Shown: piece after piece, positions 1 through 9,815 of the stretch
Layout of the letters: each line of letters begins with the position of its first letter
Position numbering within the stretch: the stretch's first letter is position 1
Assembly (NCBI GenBank): GCA_030765185.1
Contig: JAVCDE010000024.1
Location: 251,538-315,537, forward strand
Length of the DNA: 64,000 nt
Direction of reading: 5' to 3'
Source of the DNA: Candidatus Aceula meridiana
Lineage (GTDB): Bacteria > Omnitrophota > Gorgyraeia > Zapsychrales > Aceulaceae
The notes under the pieces: generated by a model
Told to the model about the DNA's origin: nothing
Database searches by the model: none
Seen by the model: the letters and a program-made list of their open reading frames with translations, nothing else
Position numbers and translations under genes: made by a program

Positions 1-3000
1 GGTAGCATCCAAATTAAATTCAAATCCATGGCCCTCGGATTGAATATCTATATCCAATGTATCCGCGCCAAGATCGATACCACCGGGACTACTTGATAAT
101 TCTTTATCATCAGAAAAATCAAAAAACCCGTTAGGCCCAACAAGCTCTTTTATAAATTGAGAAGCTTTTCGTTGATCAGTACCAGGTGCTCCAGAATATC
201 CATACTTCAATGATTCTTTATACGTGTCAAAACTTTCTTTGCTATCAAGAACTAAAATAAATTGTATTTTTGCGTAATTCGCTTGAACTTGAGATCGCAA
301 AAAGTCTCCAAGACTCTTGTAATCTTTTATTTCCCCTTTAACAGTAATGGGAGTAAAAACTTGATTATTTGATTCTACCTGCTTTTGCCTTTCTGAAATC
401 TCTTTATCAAAATTGTGAGACCAATAAGGATCATTTAGATCAATACTTATCTGCTCTCCAAAAAGTGTTGGATGAGATTCGGTTAATGCTTGCGCAAAAT
501 CAGCTGGTGAATCATAAAAAACAACTGCATTCCTAAAATGTCCTGGTCGCACACCTTTAAAAAATTCGTTCATCTTCTCAACCTGCTCTTTGGTAACAGT
601 CGAAGAAACAGTTTTAATCTTAGAATTAAAATCTACCGTTTCACTGGTAAACGCAGGAACATTATTAAAATACTCATCCCATGTATAAATAAACTTTTCA
701 AAGAATTCATCGCCTTGAGCGAGGTTAGATCTTTTTCTAAACTGACGCAGCTGCGTATCGACAATATACCAACCATCGATGACAACAACAACATGATTAG
801 CTGTTTTCATGCCCTCAACAATATTTTGAGTATCCTCTGGAATATAAAAATCCATCTTTTTAAAATCATGATTCGTCATTAACTCCGTGTTTTCACGATA
901 ACTTCGCATGATATCGTCGCTTGCTCGCTGACATTGATTCCAATCATAATCATTGAGAACAGGGTATCGGCTTGCCGTGACATCAGCCAATTGCTTAAAC
1001 TGTTCAACCGTCCAATAATTTTCACCCATATTCGACGAACTCTTTTTTGGAGTTAATTTATACGCATCATTCGGAACGACAGGACCAAGCGTATGAGCTG
1101 GAAGCTTTAAGAAAACAGTCTCAATGTTAAAATCATTTAACATTTCTTCGCTTTGCAAAAACTGAGAACTCTTAGGCCCCGATTGCTCCATCTTAATCGG
1201 ATAGTTAAATACAATTTCAGCATCATCAGACAAGTATTCCTTAAATTTTATTAAATAATTAGCAAGATTTTCGGCAGAAGCCACATGCCGAAATCCCATG
1301 TGACCTGCAAGCACATCCACCTTAAGACCATCTTCTTCTAAAAGTTTAAAAAGCTGACGAAAATCAGCAAAATAAAATGTAATACGAGGATCTGCAAAAA
1401 CCCAATTTGGATCAAAGATGTCTCCCACGCCGATAAGCTTTATATTTGTGATTTCCGACGGAATTTGTCTAGCAATTTCATTAAGCGCTTCAGGGTTAAG
1501 CACGCCCGCATCCACATAGACAATGTCTTTTTTTTCTGAAGCATTTTTAGCACGTTCAATTAAATCAGAAACAACATCAATCTGTAAATTTGAATTAAAT
1601 ATATCCAAATCTGTACTCGTATACGTATAGCCCTGTTCTCCTAGCGTCGTCTCACTAAAATCAAAAACACCTTGAGGCTGATCCTTTTTTCCTTCAATAA
1701 TAATATATCGATTTTTATTTTCCAATAATCTTTTCAACTTTTCGCCCTGATCCTTGCTTTGCACCAAAGTTTTTATGGCTGGAGCGTTGCGCCCGGAAGA
1801 AATCTCAAATACTTGCGACTGCTCTGATATTCTACCATAAACCTCATCTGTATATTCTTGTGCGCTAACTGGTATATATCTTCCAAAGGGGATTTCACCG
1901 GATTGAATGTTGCTCCACAAACCAATATTTTTAGCATTCTTAGCTAGAATAACGTTTTTGAGCAACGGGGCAATTTCTTCCCAAAGAGCCCTTGTAATCA
2001 TTCCCTCGCCCTTTTCTCCAGATTGGGAAACTTCCGTTACCATTACATTCGCACCCATCGATCCAAATCTTTTTTCTATCGTCAAAAGATAGTCTTTGTC
2101 ATTAAATTCAAAATATATTGTATTTTCGCCCAAATGACGAATCTTAATCGTCCCTATTTTCTTATCCCCAGACTTTTTCCTATTATGACCAATCAATCCA
2201 TCTTTATCTGAAACAAATTCTCCATACTTGCTACTTGCTATTTCAACAAAAAGAGGAAACAATCCCCCTGGATCGTCCTTGGCAAATGCAAGAAATTGCT
2301 CAAAAGAAACAACAGTTGATCCGCTTAAGAAATGCCTGATTTGAGAAACGACGCTAGGATCTCCACCTTTCCACAAAACTTTTCCAATGTCTGTCTCGAC
2401 GCTAACAATAACATTGATATCTTTTCTAAGGTCCTTAAAATAATTTAGGATTTTATTGACAGATTCAATGTCTATCTCCAAATCTTTCTCTCCTTTGAAT
2501 ACTTTAAGAAAAAGGTTAACTTTTTCTTCATCATATTCTAATGCTTCCCAAATATGCTGAACTAAAAAACGATAGCCAATAGCATTTGCTCTATCATTAT
2601 TCTCGGCAACTCTTCCCTGCTCGTTAAAATCTAAAGTTTTTAACTGCTCCACTAATTCTTTTTGATAATCAGGATCCTTCATATATTCGGTGTAAAGCAC
2701 TTGATTCAAATCATAAGTCTTTAATTTCTTCATACCCCCTTTAATACGCTTGGCTAAAGTAGGATGAATCTTGATCTCTGCAGGATCTTTAATCTCGCTT
2801 TCTAGATCAATTGCATCTAAAAGCAACTGACTCGCTTTAAGGACTTCTTCTTCTGTTGGGTTCTGTTTATACATCAGCTGTGAGTTTGCCTGAATATCAA
2901 CAACAAAAAAATCCTTTTGCCCTTCTAGTTTCATTACCTGCAATTGATATCCATGATGATCGCCAGTTGTCTTACCAAATTTCTTTTGAACAGCATCAGA

Positions 3001-5352
3001 GTGGTGTATCCCTTTATGAAAATAAACTTCTCCAGTTTTAATATCCACAATTGCCTTAATCCCCGAATAATTACTAATTTGATCTTCTTTATATTTTCTA
3101 GCTATATCAGCAGGAACTTTTAGCGGTACTCTTAGTTGTGGTAGATTATAAGAATTGAGCTTATCTGAAAATTTCTCCTCGATGCCTTCTATGGCAGGAG
3201 AGCTTACCCTGACAAGATTTTTGTTTGTTTGAGCATACGGGACAAGGCTATATTCATAATCCCTATTTTCATCCTCTAAAATGATTTTAACCGGTATCTC
3301 CGTAAGGGGTTTTGCGTTAATCTTAATTTCTTGATTTGTTTTTCTAACCGTAGAAACAAACAGTGCGATTTCTTCAACACCTTTTTCAGGGTCATGTTCA
3401 ATATTCTTTGGTTTAATACGAATATCGGCAACGCCTAAATTTCTCATCTCATCAAAAATTTTCTCATAAAATTTAATAACTTCGCGCCCTTTGTCCGTAT
3501 TTGGAAATGTCATTTCAAAATTAAAAGTTCCATCAAGGGCTAAATTTTTATTAAACAAATTTAGCCAAATAGCAATAGGATCCGGATCGTATTGCGCAAC
3601 AAACATTGACATAATCAAATCCATCTTAATAGGGTTACCCTTATCATCAAGGAATTTTACTGTCTTAATGTCCTCTTTTTTAAAAACAAAAGGTTTTTCA
3701 GGTCTTAAATAATCATCTACATTTTTGCCCGGATGCATCACTAAAAATCTTGCACGCCCATCAAGAGTCATTGTCTGGGAATTAATATTATTAAGATCTG
3801 CCCCAAAAACTTCAACAGCCTCTGGTCCAAATGTCTTTTTGCTTCTTACTCTTCGAATAGAACCTATATCTTCATGTCGAGAGCTTATCTCCTGTCTATA
3901 CTCATCCAAACTTTTATTTCCATACTGTTCCAAAATTTCTATCAATGTCATCCCCGCTCCACACCCTGCGTCTAAAACACGCAAAGGTCTACCGCGCTCA
4001 ATGCGGTGAGTTTCGCTAGAAAATCTTTTTAAAAATAGAGCTAAGGGATCTCTAGCTTGTGCTTTCTTAAACCTAAGATCAGCTTGATTGAGCCACCAAT
4101 CATAATTTTTTATTCCACGAAATGCCGTATATTCCCTCTGGCGCGACAACAAGTACTTCTGACTTTTTTGTAACGGTTTAGTTTCCAGAGTACTTGAAAC
4201 CTGACGTAATTTCGCAGGAGAACAGGCGCTCGTTACCTCGCCGATATCTCCAGTTGGCCGAATTATATCTTCTGTTTCGCCTAGCGAAAATCCACCTGAG
4301 AAATATTTGCGCGGAACATTACGCTGTTCGTACTGATCGTATTCAACTTTAACAAAATCACACACACCTTTTTTGAATGCATCAAGATATTGATTATAAA
4401 TTTTTTCTCCAGCCTCTTTATCTTCACCATCTACACCAGCAATCTTGGCCTTGTTGCTGTATTTCTGATTTAAAATAGAATTTTTAAGAGTATTTTTAAA
4501 CCATGTTGCCAGAATCAAAGAATTATAAATTTGACGAAGATTCGCAAAATTTTTGCCGTTGTTGACTTCCCTCTCAATTTGAGGCAAAACAATCTCTCGG
4601 ACAATCTTAGAAGATAAATTACTAACCTCTTTTGTTTCTTTAGCTTTATCTAATTTTGCTCCTATCTTTTGATTATCCAAATTATTCTCAAGAGACAAAT
4701 AATCTTCCTCCAGCATAACCTTAAGATAGCTGCTAACAACAAAAGCATGAGGTCCATTTTCATAAACAACAGCCTTTTGCGGCACAATCCAAACCTTATT
4801 AAAGGTATTAACGGGTATCTGCGTTGTTCCGTATTTCTCAAAAGCTTCTTTGTAAATTCGATCCCAAAATCTCTTGCCCAATTCATCTTCTGGGTAAATA
4901 AGCGACGCTGTAATTTGTTTTAAAATATAGTCTTGAGCCAAAAGGTCTTGGCCCATTTCTGTTTGACCAAAGGCATCTGGGACAATGCGGTCTTCTTCGT
5001 AGGGAGAAAGGTTGACCCAAAGCTCTTGCTTTGGAATCGTTATAGATGCCAAGAAATATTTGATGAGTTTTTCACTCTCTTTTTTAAACTCTTGATCGCT
5101 TAAAGAGGTGTCTCCAATATCCATAATAAAATCAAGCTTAAAAGGATTTTTAGGATCAACTCGTACGCCTCGAAGCAAAACAGGTGAAAAGCTTGGCGTA
5201 AGCGTGATCATAGCCCCAGGCGCAGGCAAAAAGCTTAAAGATTGCGCAAAAGAAGCCGAAGGCATAATCATATTGGCTAAGAATGCAAACATCACAAACC
5301 AGCTAAATAATTTATGATAACGTTTTGTTTTAATATATTTATACATATACAT
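1..5352 (-). CDS. Very large secreted protein (>1780 aa, 3' end beyond window start) with an internal class-I SAM-dependent methyltransferase-like domain; function unknown
   Basis: My own minus-strand translation runs from the ATG at 5352 to position 1 with no stop codon seen; the supplied track lists only short plus-strand ORFs here. N-terminus MYMYKYIKTKRYHKLFSWFVMFAFLANMIMPSASFA reads as a Sec signal peptide. Motif I VLDAGCGAGMTLIE followed by VFGADLN is typical of Rossmann-fold methyltransferases. K/E/D-rich composition matches neighbouring genes. Confidence 0.6.
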   Translation of the reverse strand, partial: MYMYKYIKTKRYHKLFSWFVMFAFLANMIMPSASFAQSLSFLPAPGAMITLTPSFSPVLLRGVRVDPKNPFKLDFIMDIGDTSLSDQEFKKESEKLIKYFLASITIPKQELWVNLSPYEEDRIVPDAFGQTEMGQDLLAQDYILKQITASLIYPEDELGKRFWDRIYKEAFEKYGTTQIPVNTFNKVWIVPQKAVVYENGPHAFVVSSYLKVMLEEDYLSLENNLDNQKIGAKLDKAKETKEVSNLSSKIVREIVLPQIEREVNNGKNFANLRQIYNSLILATWFKNTLKNSILNQKYSNKAKIAGVDGEDKEAGEKIYNQYLDAFKKGVCDFVKVEYDQYEQRNVPRKYFSGGFSLGETEDIIRPTGDIGEVTSACSPAKLRQVSSTLETKPLQKSQKYLLSRQREYTAFRGIKNYDWWLNQADLRFKKAQARDPLALFLKRFSSETHRIERGRPLRVLDAGCGAGMTLIEILEQYGNKSLDEYRQEISSRHEDIGSIRRVRSKKTFGPEAVEVFGADLNNINSQTMTLDGRARFLVMHPGKNVDDYLRPEKPFVFKKEDIKTVKFLDDKGNPIKMDLIMSMFVAQYDPDPIAIWLNLFNKNLALDGTFNFEMTFPNTDKGREVIKFYEKIFDEMRNLGVADIRIKPKNIEHDPEKGVEEIALFVSTVRKTNQEIKINAKPLTEIPVKIILEDENRDYEYSLVPYAQTNKNLVRVSSPAIEGIEEKFSDKLNSYNLPQLRVPLKVPADIARKYKEDQISNYSGIKAIVDIKTGEVYFHKGIHHSDAVQKKFGKTTGDHHGYQLQVMKLEGQKDFFVVDIQANSQLMYKQNPTEEEVLKASQLLLDAIDLESEIKDPAEIKIHPTLAKRIKGGMKKLKTYDLNQVLYTEYMKDPDYQKELVEQLKTLDFNEQGRVAENNDRANAIGYRFLVQHIWEALEYDEEKVNLFLKVFKGEKDLEIDIESVNKILNYFKDLRKDINVIVSVETDIGKVLWKGGDPSVVSQIRHFLSGSTVVSFEQFLAFAKDDPGGLFPLFVEIASSKYGEFVSDKDGLIGHNRKKSGDKKIGTIKIRHLGENTIYFEFNDKDYLLTIEKRFGSMGANVMVTEVSQSGEKGEGMITRALWEEIAPLLKNVILAKNAKNIGLWSNIQSGEIPFGRYIPVSAQEYTDEVYGRISEQSQVFEISSGRNAPAIKTLVQSKDQGEKLKRLLENKNRYIIIEGKKDQPQGVFDFSETTLGEQGYTYTSTDLDIFNSNLQIDVVSDLIERAKNASEKKDIVYVDAGVLNPEALNEIARQIPSEITNIKLIGVGDIFDPNWVFADPRITFYFADFRQLFKLLEEDGLKVDVLAGHMGFRHVASAENLANYLIKFKEYLSDDAEIVFNYPIKMEQSGPKSSQFLQSEEMLNDFNIETVFLKLPAHTLGPVVPNDAYKLTPKKSSSNMGENYWTVEQFKQLADVTASRYPVLNDYDWNQCQRASDDIMRSYRENTELMTNHDFKKMDFYIPEDTQNIVEGMKTANHVVVVIDGWYIVDTQLRQFRKRSNLAQGDEFFEKFIYTWDEYFNNVPAFTSETVDFNSKIKTVSSTVTKEQVEKMNEFFKGVRPGHFRNAVVFYDSPADFAQALTESHPTLFGEQISIDLNDPYWSHNFDKEISERQKQVESNNQVFTPITVKGEIKDYKSLGDFLRSQVQANYAKIQFILVLDSKESFDTYKESLKYGYSGAPGTDQRKASQFIKELVGPNGFFDFSDDKELSSSPGGIDLGADTLDIDIQSEGHGFEFNLDAT

Positions 5353-5750
5353 AATTACTCTATAAATTTTATTTTTAAGTCCACCCTAACGCATAAAGTA
5401 TATACTAATATATTAAGAAAAAAAGGGCATTTGGGCCCTTTTAAGAAAGCGTTTGCATGAAGATATATGTTACGGAATGCAGCGCTCGTAAGCTATTTGT
5501 CCAAATTAATACCAAACTCAAAGAGTGTCGGGAATCCTAATAATATTAGTAAGATTTATATTATTTGGGGAGACTTGAGATTTCTCAATTCGCCCCAAAT
5601 ATAACACATAATCTTTAATATTGCCACTTTATGCCAATTTTTTTAAAATGGTCATCACAAGACACCAATTTATAAAAACTTACTACAAAAAGTTGCTCCA
5701 ATAAACGCTGTAAACCATAAATAGCGAATATCCACCCAAATAGCTAAACG

Positions 5751-5807
5751 CCGTTAAAAAGAAAGAAGAAGAGCGGTTTGAAGAAAATTCTTCAAACCGC
5801 TCTTCTT
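5751..5807 (-). terminator. Rho-independent terminator of the metY-pspC transcript
   Basis: Perfect 17-bp inverted repeat AAGAAGAGCGGTTTGAA / TTCAAACCGCTCTTCTT at 5766-5782 and 5791-5807. A U-tract follows on the minus-strand RNA (plus-strand CCGTTAAAAAGAAAG at 5751-5765), immediately 3' of the pspC stop. Confidence 0.75.
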
Positions 5808-5828
5808 TAATACAAATATTAATATTTG

Positions 5829-6041
5829 TTATGCTTTTTTCTTGTCGCTTTTTTTAGGAATAACAAGCCACATGGCCAAATAGCCGACAATACCCCATCC
5901 AATTGTTAAAAGGGCAACCAGAACAAATAAAAGACGAAAAAGCGTCGCGTCTTTTTCAAAATATTCTGCTATGCCTCCGCAGACTCCACCGATTTTCTTG
6001 TCTTTCTCTGATAAATAAAGTTTTTTAACCTTTCCTGTCAT
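5829..6041 (-). CDS. pspC: PspC-domain membrane protein
   Basis: [23 protein letters not shown] matches the PspC signature KxLYRSxxDkxIaGVCgGlAeYf; one C-terminal TM helix. Confidence 0.8.
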   Translation of the reverse strand: MTGKVKKLYLSEKDKKIGGVCGGIAEYFEKDATLFRLLFVLVALLTIGWGIVGYLAMWLVIPKKSDKKKA

Positions 6042-6052
6042 AATATTTTCCC

Positions 6053-7354
<1,302 letters not shown>

Positions 7355-7417
7355 TTATTTAACAATGGCATCATTATACATATAAAAAAGATTTTTGGCA
7401 AAAAATGTATTCTTGCC

Positions 7418-7600
7418 CTATTTAATGCCCATCTTCCTCAAAATCGCCATCATCGGACACCATCCGGTAAAAGCAGACTGAAAAAGATTAAGCCCGACAA
7501 AGGCCGTAAACCACAACCAGTGAATATCGACTTTAACCGCTAAGACAACGCTTAAAAGAATAAAAAATCCCGCGACGCCCCGTAACATTTTTTCTATCAT
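7418..7600 (-). CDS. DUF2892 (YgaP C-terminal-like) small membrane protein
   Basis: 60 aa, two TM segments, conserved GWCP motif of DUF2892. Confidence 0.6.
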   Translation of the reverse strand: MIEKMLRGVAGFFILLSVVLAVKVDIHWLWFTAFVGLNLFQSAFTGWCPMMAILRKMGIK

Positions 7601-7623
7601 TTTTATACTCCTTAATAATGCCC

Positions 7624-7693
7624 AAGCTTACGAAGCAAAAGTGAGTGTAAGCTTTCAGGCCAAATTAATCCCGTGCGCGAAACGCATCGGGAT
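7624..7693 (-). promoter_or_regulatory. Structured 5' leader element, copy A (two hairpins, conserved spacing), upstream of the DUF2892 gene
   Basis: Hairpin 1 is ATCCCGTGCGCG/aaa/CGCATCGGGAT at 7668-7693 (one bulged T). Hairpin 2 is AAGCTTAC...GTAAGCTT at 7624-7654. Same architecture and arm sequences as copy B at 55962-56032. Confidence 0.55.
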
Positions 7694-7762
7694 AAATGAT
7701 ATTAATTATTTCTGCGTTGATCCTGGCTGTTTGGGCCAAAATTTCCTTAATGTTAATTTCTT

Positions 7763-9034
7763 CTAAAAGCTATATCTAACACGCAGATACATATTTTTAT
7801 TTTTTTTCATTTGTCCAAACGCAGTATGCTCATCTTCGCCCCAAGGAAGATTCGCCCCTAAAGTTGTTCTCCATCTATCGGTAATATCGTAGCTGACCGA
7901 AGGCCTAATATAACCATCATTATCCGTCGGTGAATAAAACGTAAAAAGCGACACACGAACAGTTTGATTCTTAAATAATTTAGTAATGCGATTAGCGAGA
8001 AGATGGCGATGTTGATCCCAGCGGTAATCCTGACTCAAAAGATTATCACGATATTTCGCATAATTCATCATCTGCTCATAAAGATACTGAAAACCAATTT
8101 TAAAATCATTGCCTAAATCTTTTTCATATCCGCTCATCACCTGCAATTTAGAATTAGCAACCGTTCTCTTCACCCCTAAAGGATCCTCTCGTGAATAGTT
8201 GTAACCGACCTCAACGTTTCCTATGCCGCTTGCAATAGGCCCGCGCAGGCTTGCTCCATAAACATCGCGCTTCTCGTGATAAAGCTGACGCAGAGCTTCA
8301 TTTTTATAACTTTCAGGATTTTTGTTATAACCCCAAAAACCATAAAATGCCAATTCATTGCTGCCAAGGCCCTTATAAACCCGCAAGGCGTATTCCGTAT
8401 TTGATAATTGAAATGGCGGTGAAATAATATGTCGGTCAGAATTTCTTCCGGCAATACCACCTTGAAAACTATCGAAAAAAGAAAGCCTGTCCCCTTTTGG
8501 CAACGTGTTAGGCGTAAAATATGGAATCATAACAAAGTCAATATTAGCAAATTTTGGATAAAAAGAAGTTTTAATAGCATCCGATGGTTTCTTCAAATAT
8601 TCATCATCACGTCCGGCATAAAAGGATTCATAATCCTTAGGAAACTGATCGTTAATAAAAAGGTAATCTCCTGTTCCCCAGGTTAAAACTTGACGCCCGG
8701 CTTTTAAATCCATAAAACGAAAAGGGCTTAGAAGAACATTAGCTTCTCTTAAATCAAAGTCTGTTTTTCCCGAGTAATACCAATCTACAAGAAAATCGCC
8801 CCGAAAATTTAAAACCGCACCTTTATTCGCTAAATAGTTTTCCCCGGAAAAATAATGAGTCAGCTTAAGCTGAAGGCGTTGCTCAAGGAGGTTATAGTTA
8901 TCTCTCTTGGTGTTATCATCGCTTAGCTTGAGGCCATAATCAAATTCAACAAACCCATGAAGCTTTGGCAATGCCGCAAAGGCAAGCTGAGGAACAAAAA
9001 TAGCAATAACAAATAAAGGTAGAATCTTCTTCAT
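7763..9034 (-). CDS. Outer-membrane beta-barrel protein (DUF1302-like), partner of the MMPL exporter
   Basis: Signal peptide MKKILPLFVIAIFVPQLAFA; alternating amphipathic strands; C-terminal YLRVRYSF ending in Phe as in OM beta-barrels. Reading frame is contiguous with the next two genes. Confidence 0.5.
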   Translation of the reverse strand: MKKILPLFVIAIFVPQLAFAALPKLHGFVEFDYGLKLSDDNTKRDNYNLLEQRLQLKLTHYFSGENYLANKGAVLNFRGDFLVDWYYSGKTDFDLREANVLLSPFRFMDLKAGRQVLTWGTGDYLFINDQFPKDYESFYAGRDDEYLKKPSDAIKTSFYPKFANIDFVMIPYFTPNTLPKGDRLSFFDSFQGGIAGRNSDRHIISPPFQLSNTEYALRVYKGLGSNELAFYGFWGYNKNPESYKNEALRQLYHEKRDVYGASLRGPIASGIGNVEVGYNYSREDPLGVKRTVANSKLQVMSGYEKDLGNDFKIGFQYLYEQMMNYAKYRDNLLSQDYRWDQHRHLLANRITKLFKNQTVRVSLFTFYSPTDNDGYIRPSVSYDITDRWRTTLGANLPWGEDEHTAFGQMKKNKNMYLRVRYSF

Positions 9035-9035
9035 A

Positions 9036-9815
9036 TCACTGAATCCATTGCATGGCCGGCCGCCTTAAATAGCGTTCGGTAAAAACATTATCTTCTATGC
9101 CGACATCATAGCGAACATTTGTAAATTCCATAACTGTTTGTCCTCCGCGTGCAACATCGACAGAGCGAGACTTAACAACCGTTGGATGGCCATCAATATC
9201 TTTTACGTCTAGCGCCTCTATGGTGCGCATAAGATTACCATCTGCATCATAATACTCGGCCTTCATAGGCATAAAATTTCCTTTATCAATCAAAACAATA
9301 TAATAAGAAAATTCAAGACCCTTCGTATCTTTAGGCATATTTTTAATCTTGTAAGAGTTTTCCTCTTCGCCTAAAAGCTCATGTGTGTCAGCTTCGGTGC
9401 CTCGCCCGGAAACATCTTCGTAAACAAAATGCGACCCTACAAAGCTTGAACGTTTATCACTAGCGGCGATGCGGCGGACCAAATCTAAAGCCGGCAAATA
9501 AAGCCAACGGTCATCATCTTTTCCAATGTTTTTCCAAACCATATAGACCATTTTTTCAACATCCGTTGGCTTCTTAAAATATACATAAAACTTTTGCTCT
9601 GCCCCTTCTTTGACTGTCTTTCGCAAAATACGGAATTCGCGATTTCTTTCTCTTCCCTGAGAGTCTGTAATCGTCATCTTAGCGTCTGAAATTCCGTCCT
9701 TACCTGCATAATAAGAAACCATATTTGCCTTTGAAACAATCTCGTCTGCGGTTTGAGCAAAAGCAGAACCAGCCATTAAAAATAAAACGCCAGCAAGGAT
9801 TAATATTCTTTTCAT
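9036..9815 (-). CDS. LolA-like periplasmic protein (outer-membrane lipoprotein-sorting family, DUF1329-like), MMPL accessory
   Basis: Signal peptide MKRILILAGVLFLMAGSAFA; 259 aa. A 1-nt start/stop overlap with the upstream MMPL gene indicates translational coupling. Confidence 0.5.
   Translation of the reverse strand: MKRILILAGVLFLMAGSAFAQTADEIVSKANMVSYYAGKDGISDAKMTITDSQGRERNREFRILRKTVKEGAEQKFYVYFKKPTDVEKMVYMVWKNIGKDDDRWLYLPALDLVRRIAASDKRSSFVGSHFVYEDVSGRGTEADTHELLGEEENSYKIKNMPKDTKGLEFSYYIVLIDKGNFMPMKAEYYDADGNLMRTIEALDVKDIDGHPTVVKSRSVDVARGGQTVMEFTNVRYDVGIEDNVFTERYLRRPAMQWIQ

Noticed and set aside
538-5317. Seven short plus-strand ORFs (61-114 aa) listed in the track across 538-5317
   Set aside because: All lie antisense to the single continuous minus-strand reading frame of the giant secreted protein. 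They are low-complexity with no motifs, so I treat them as shadow ORFs.
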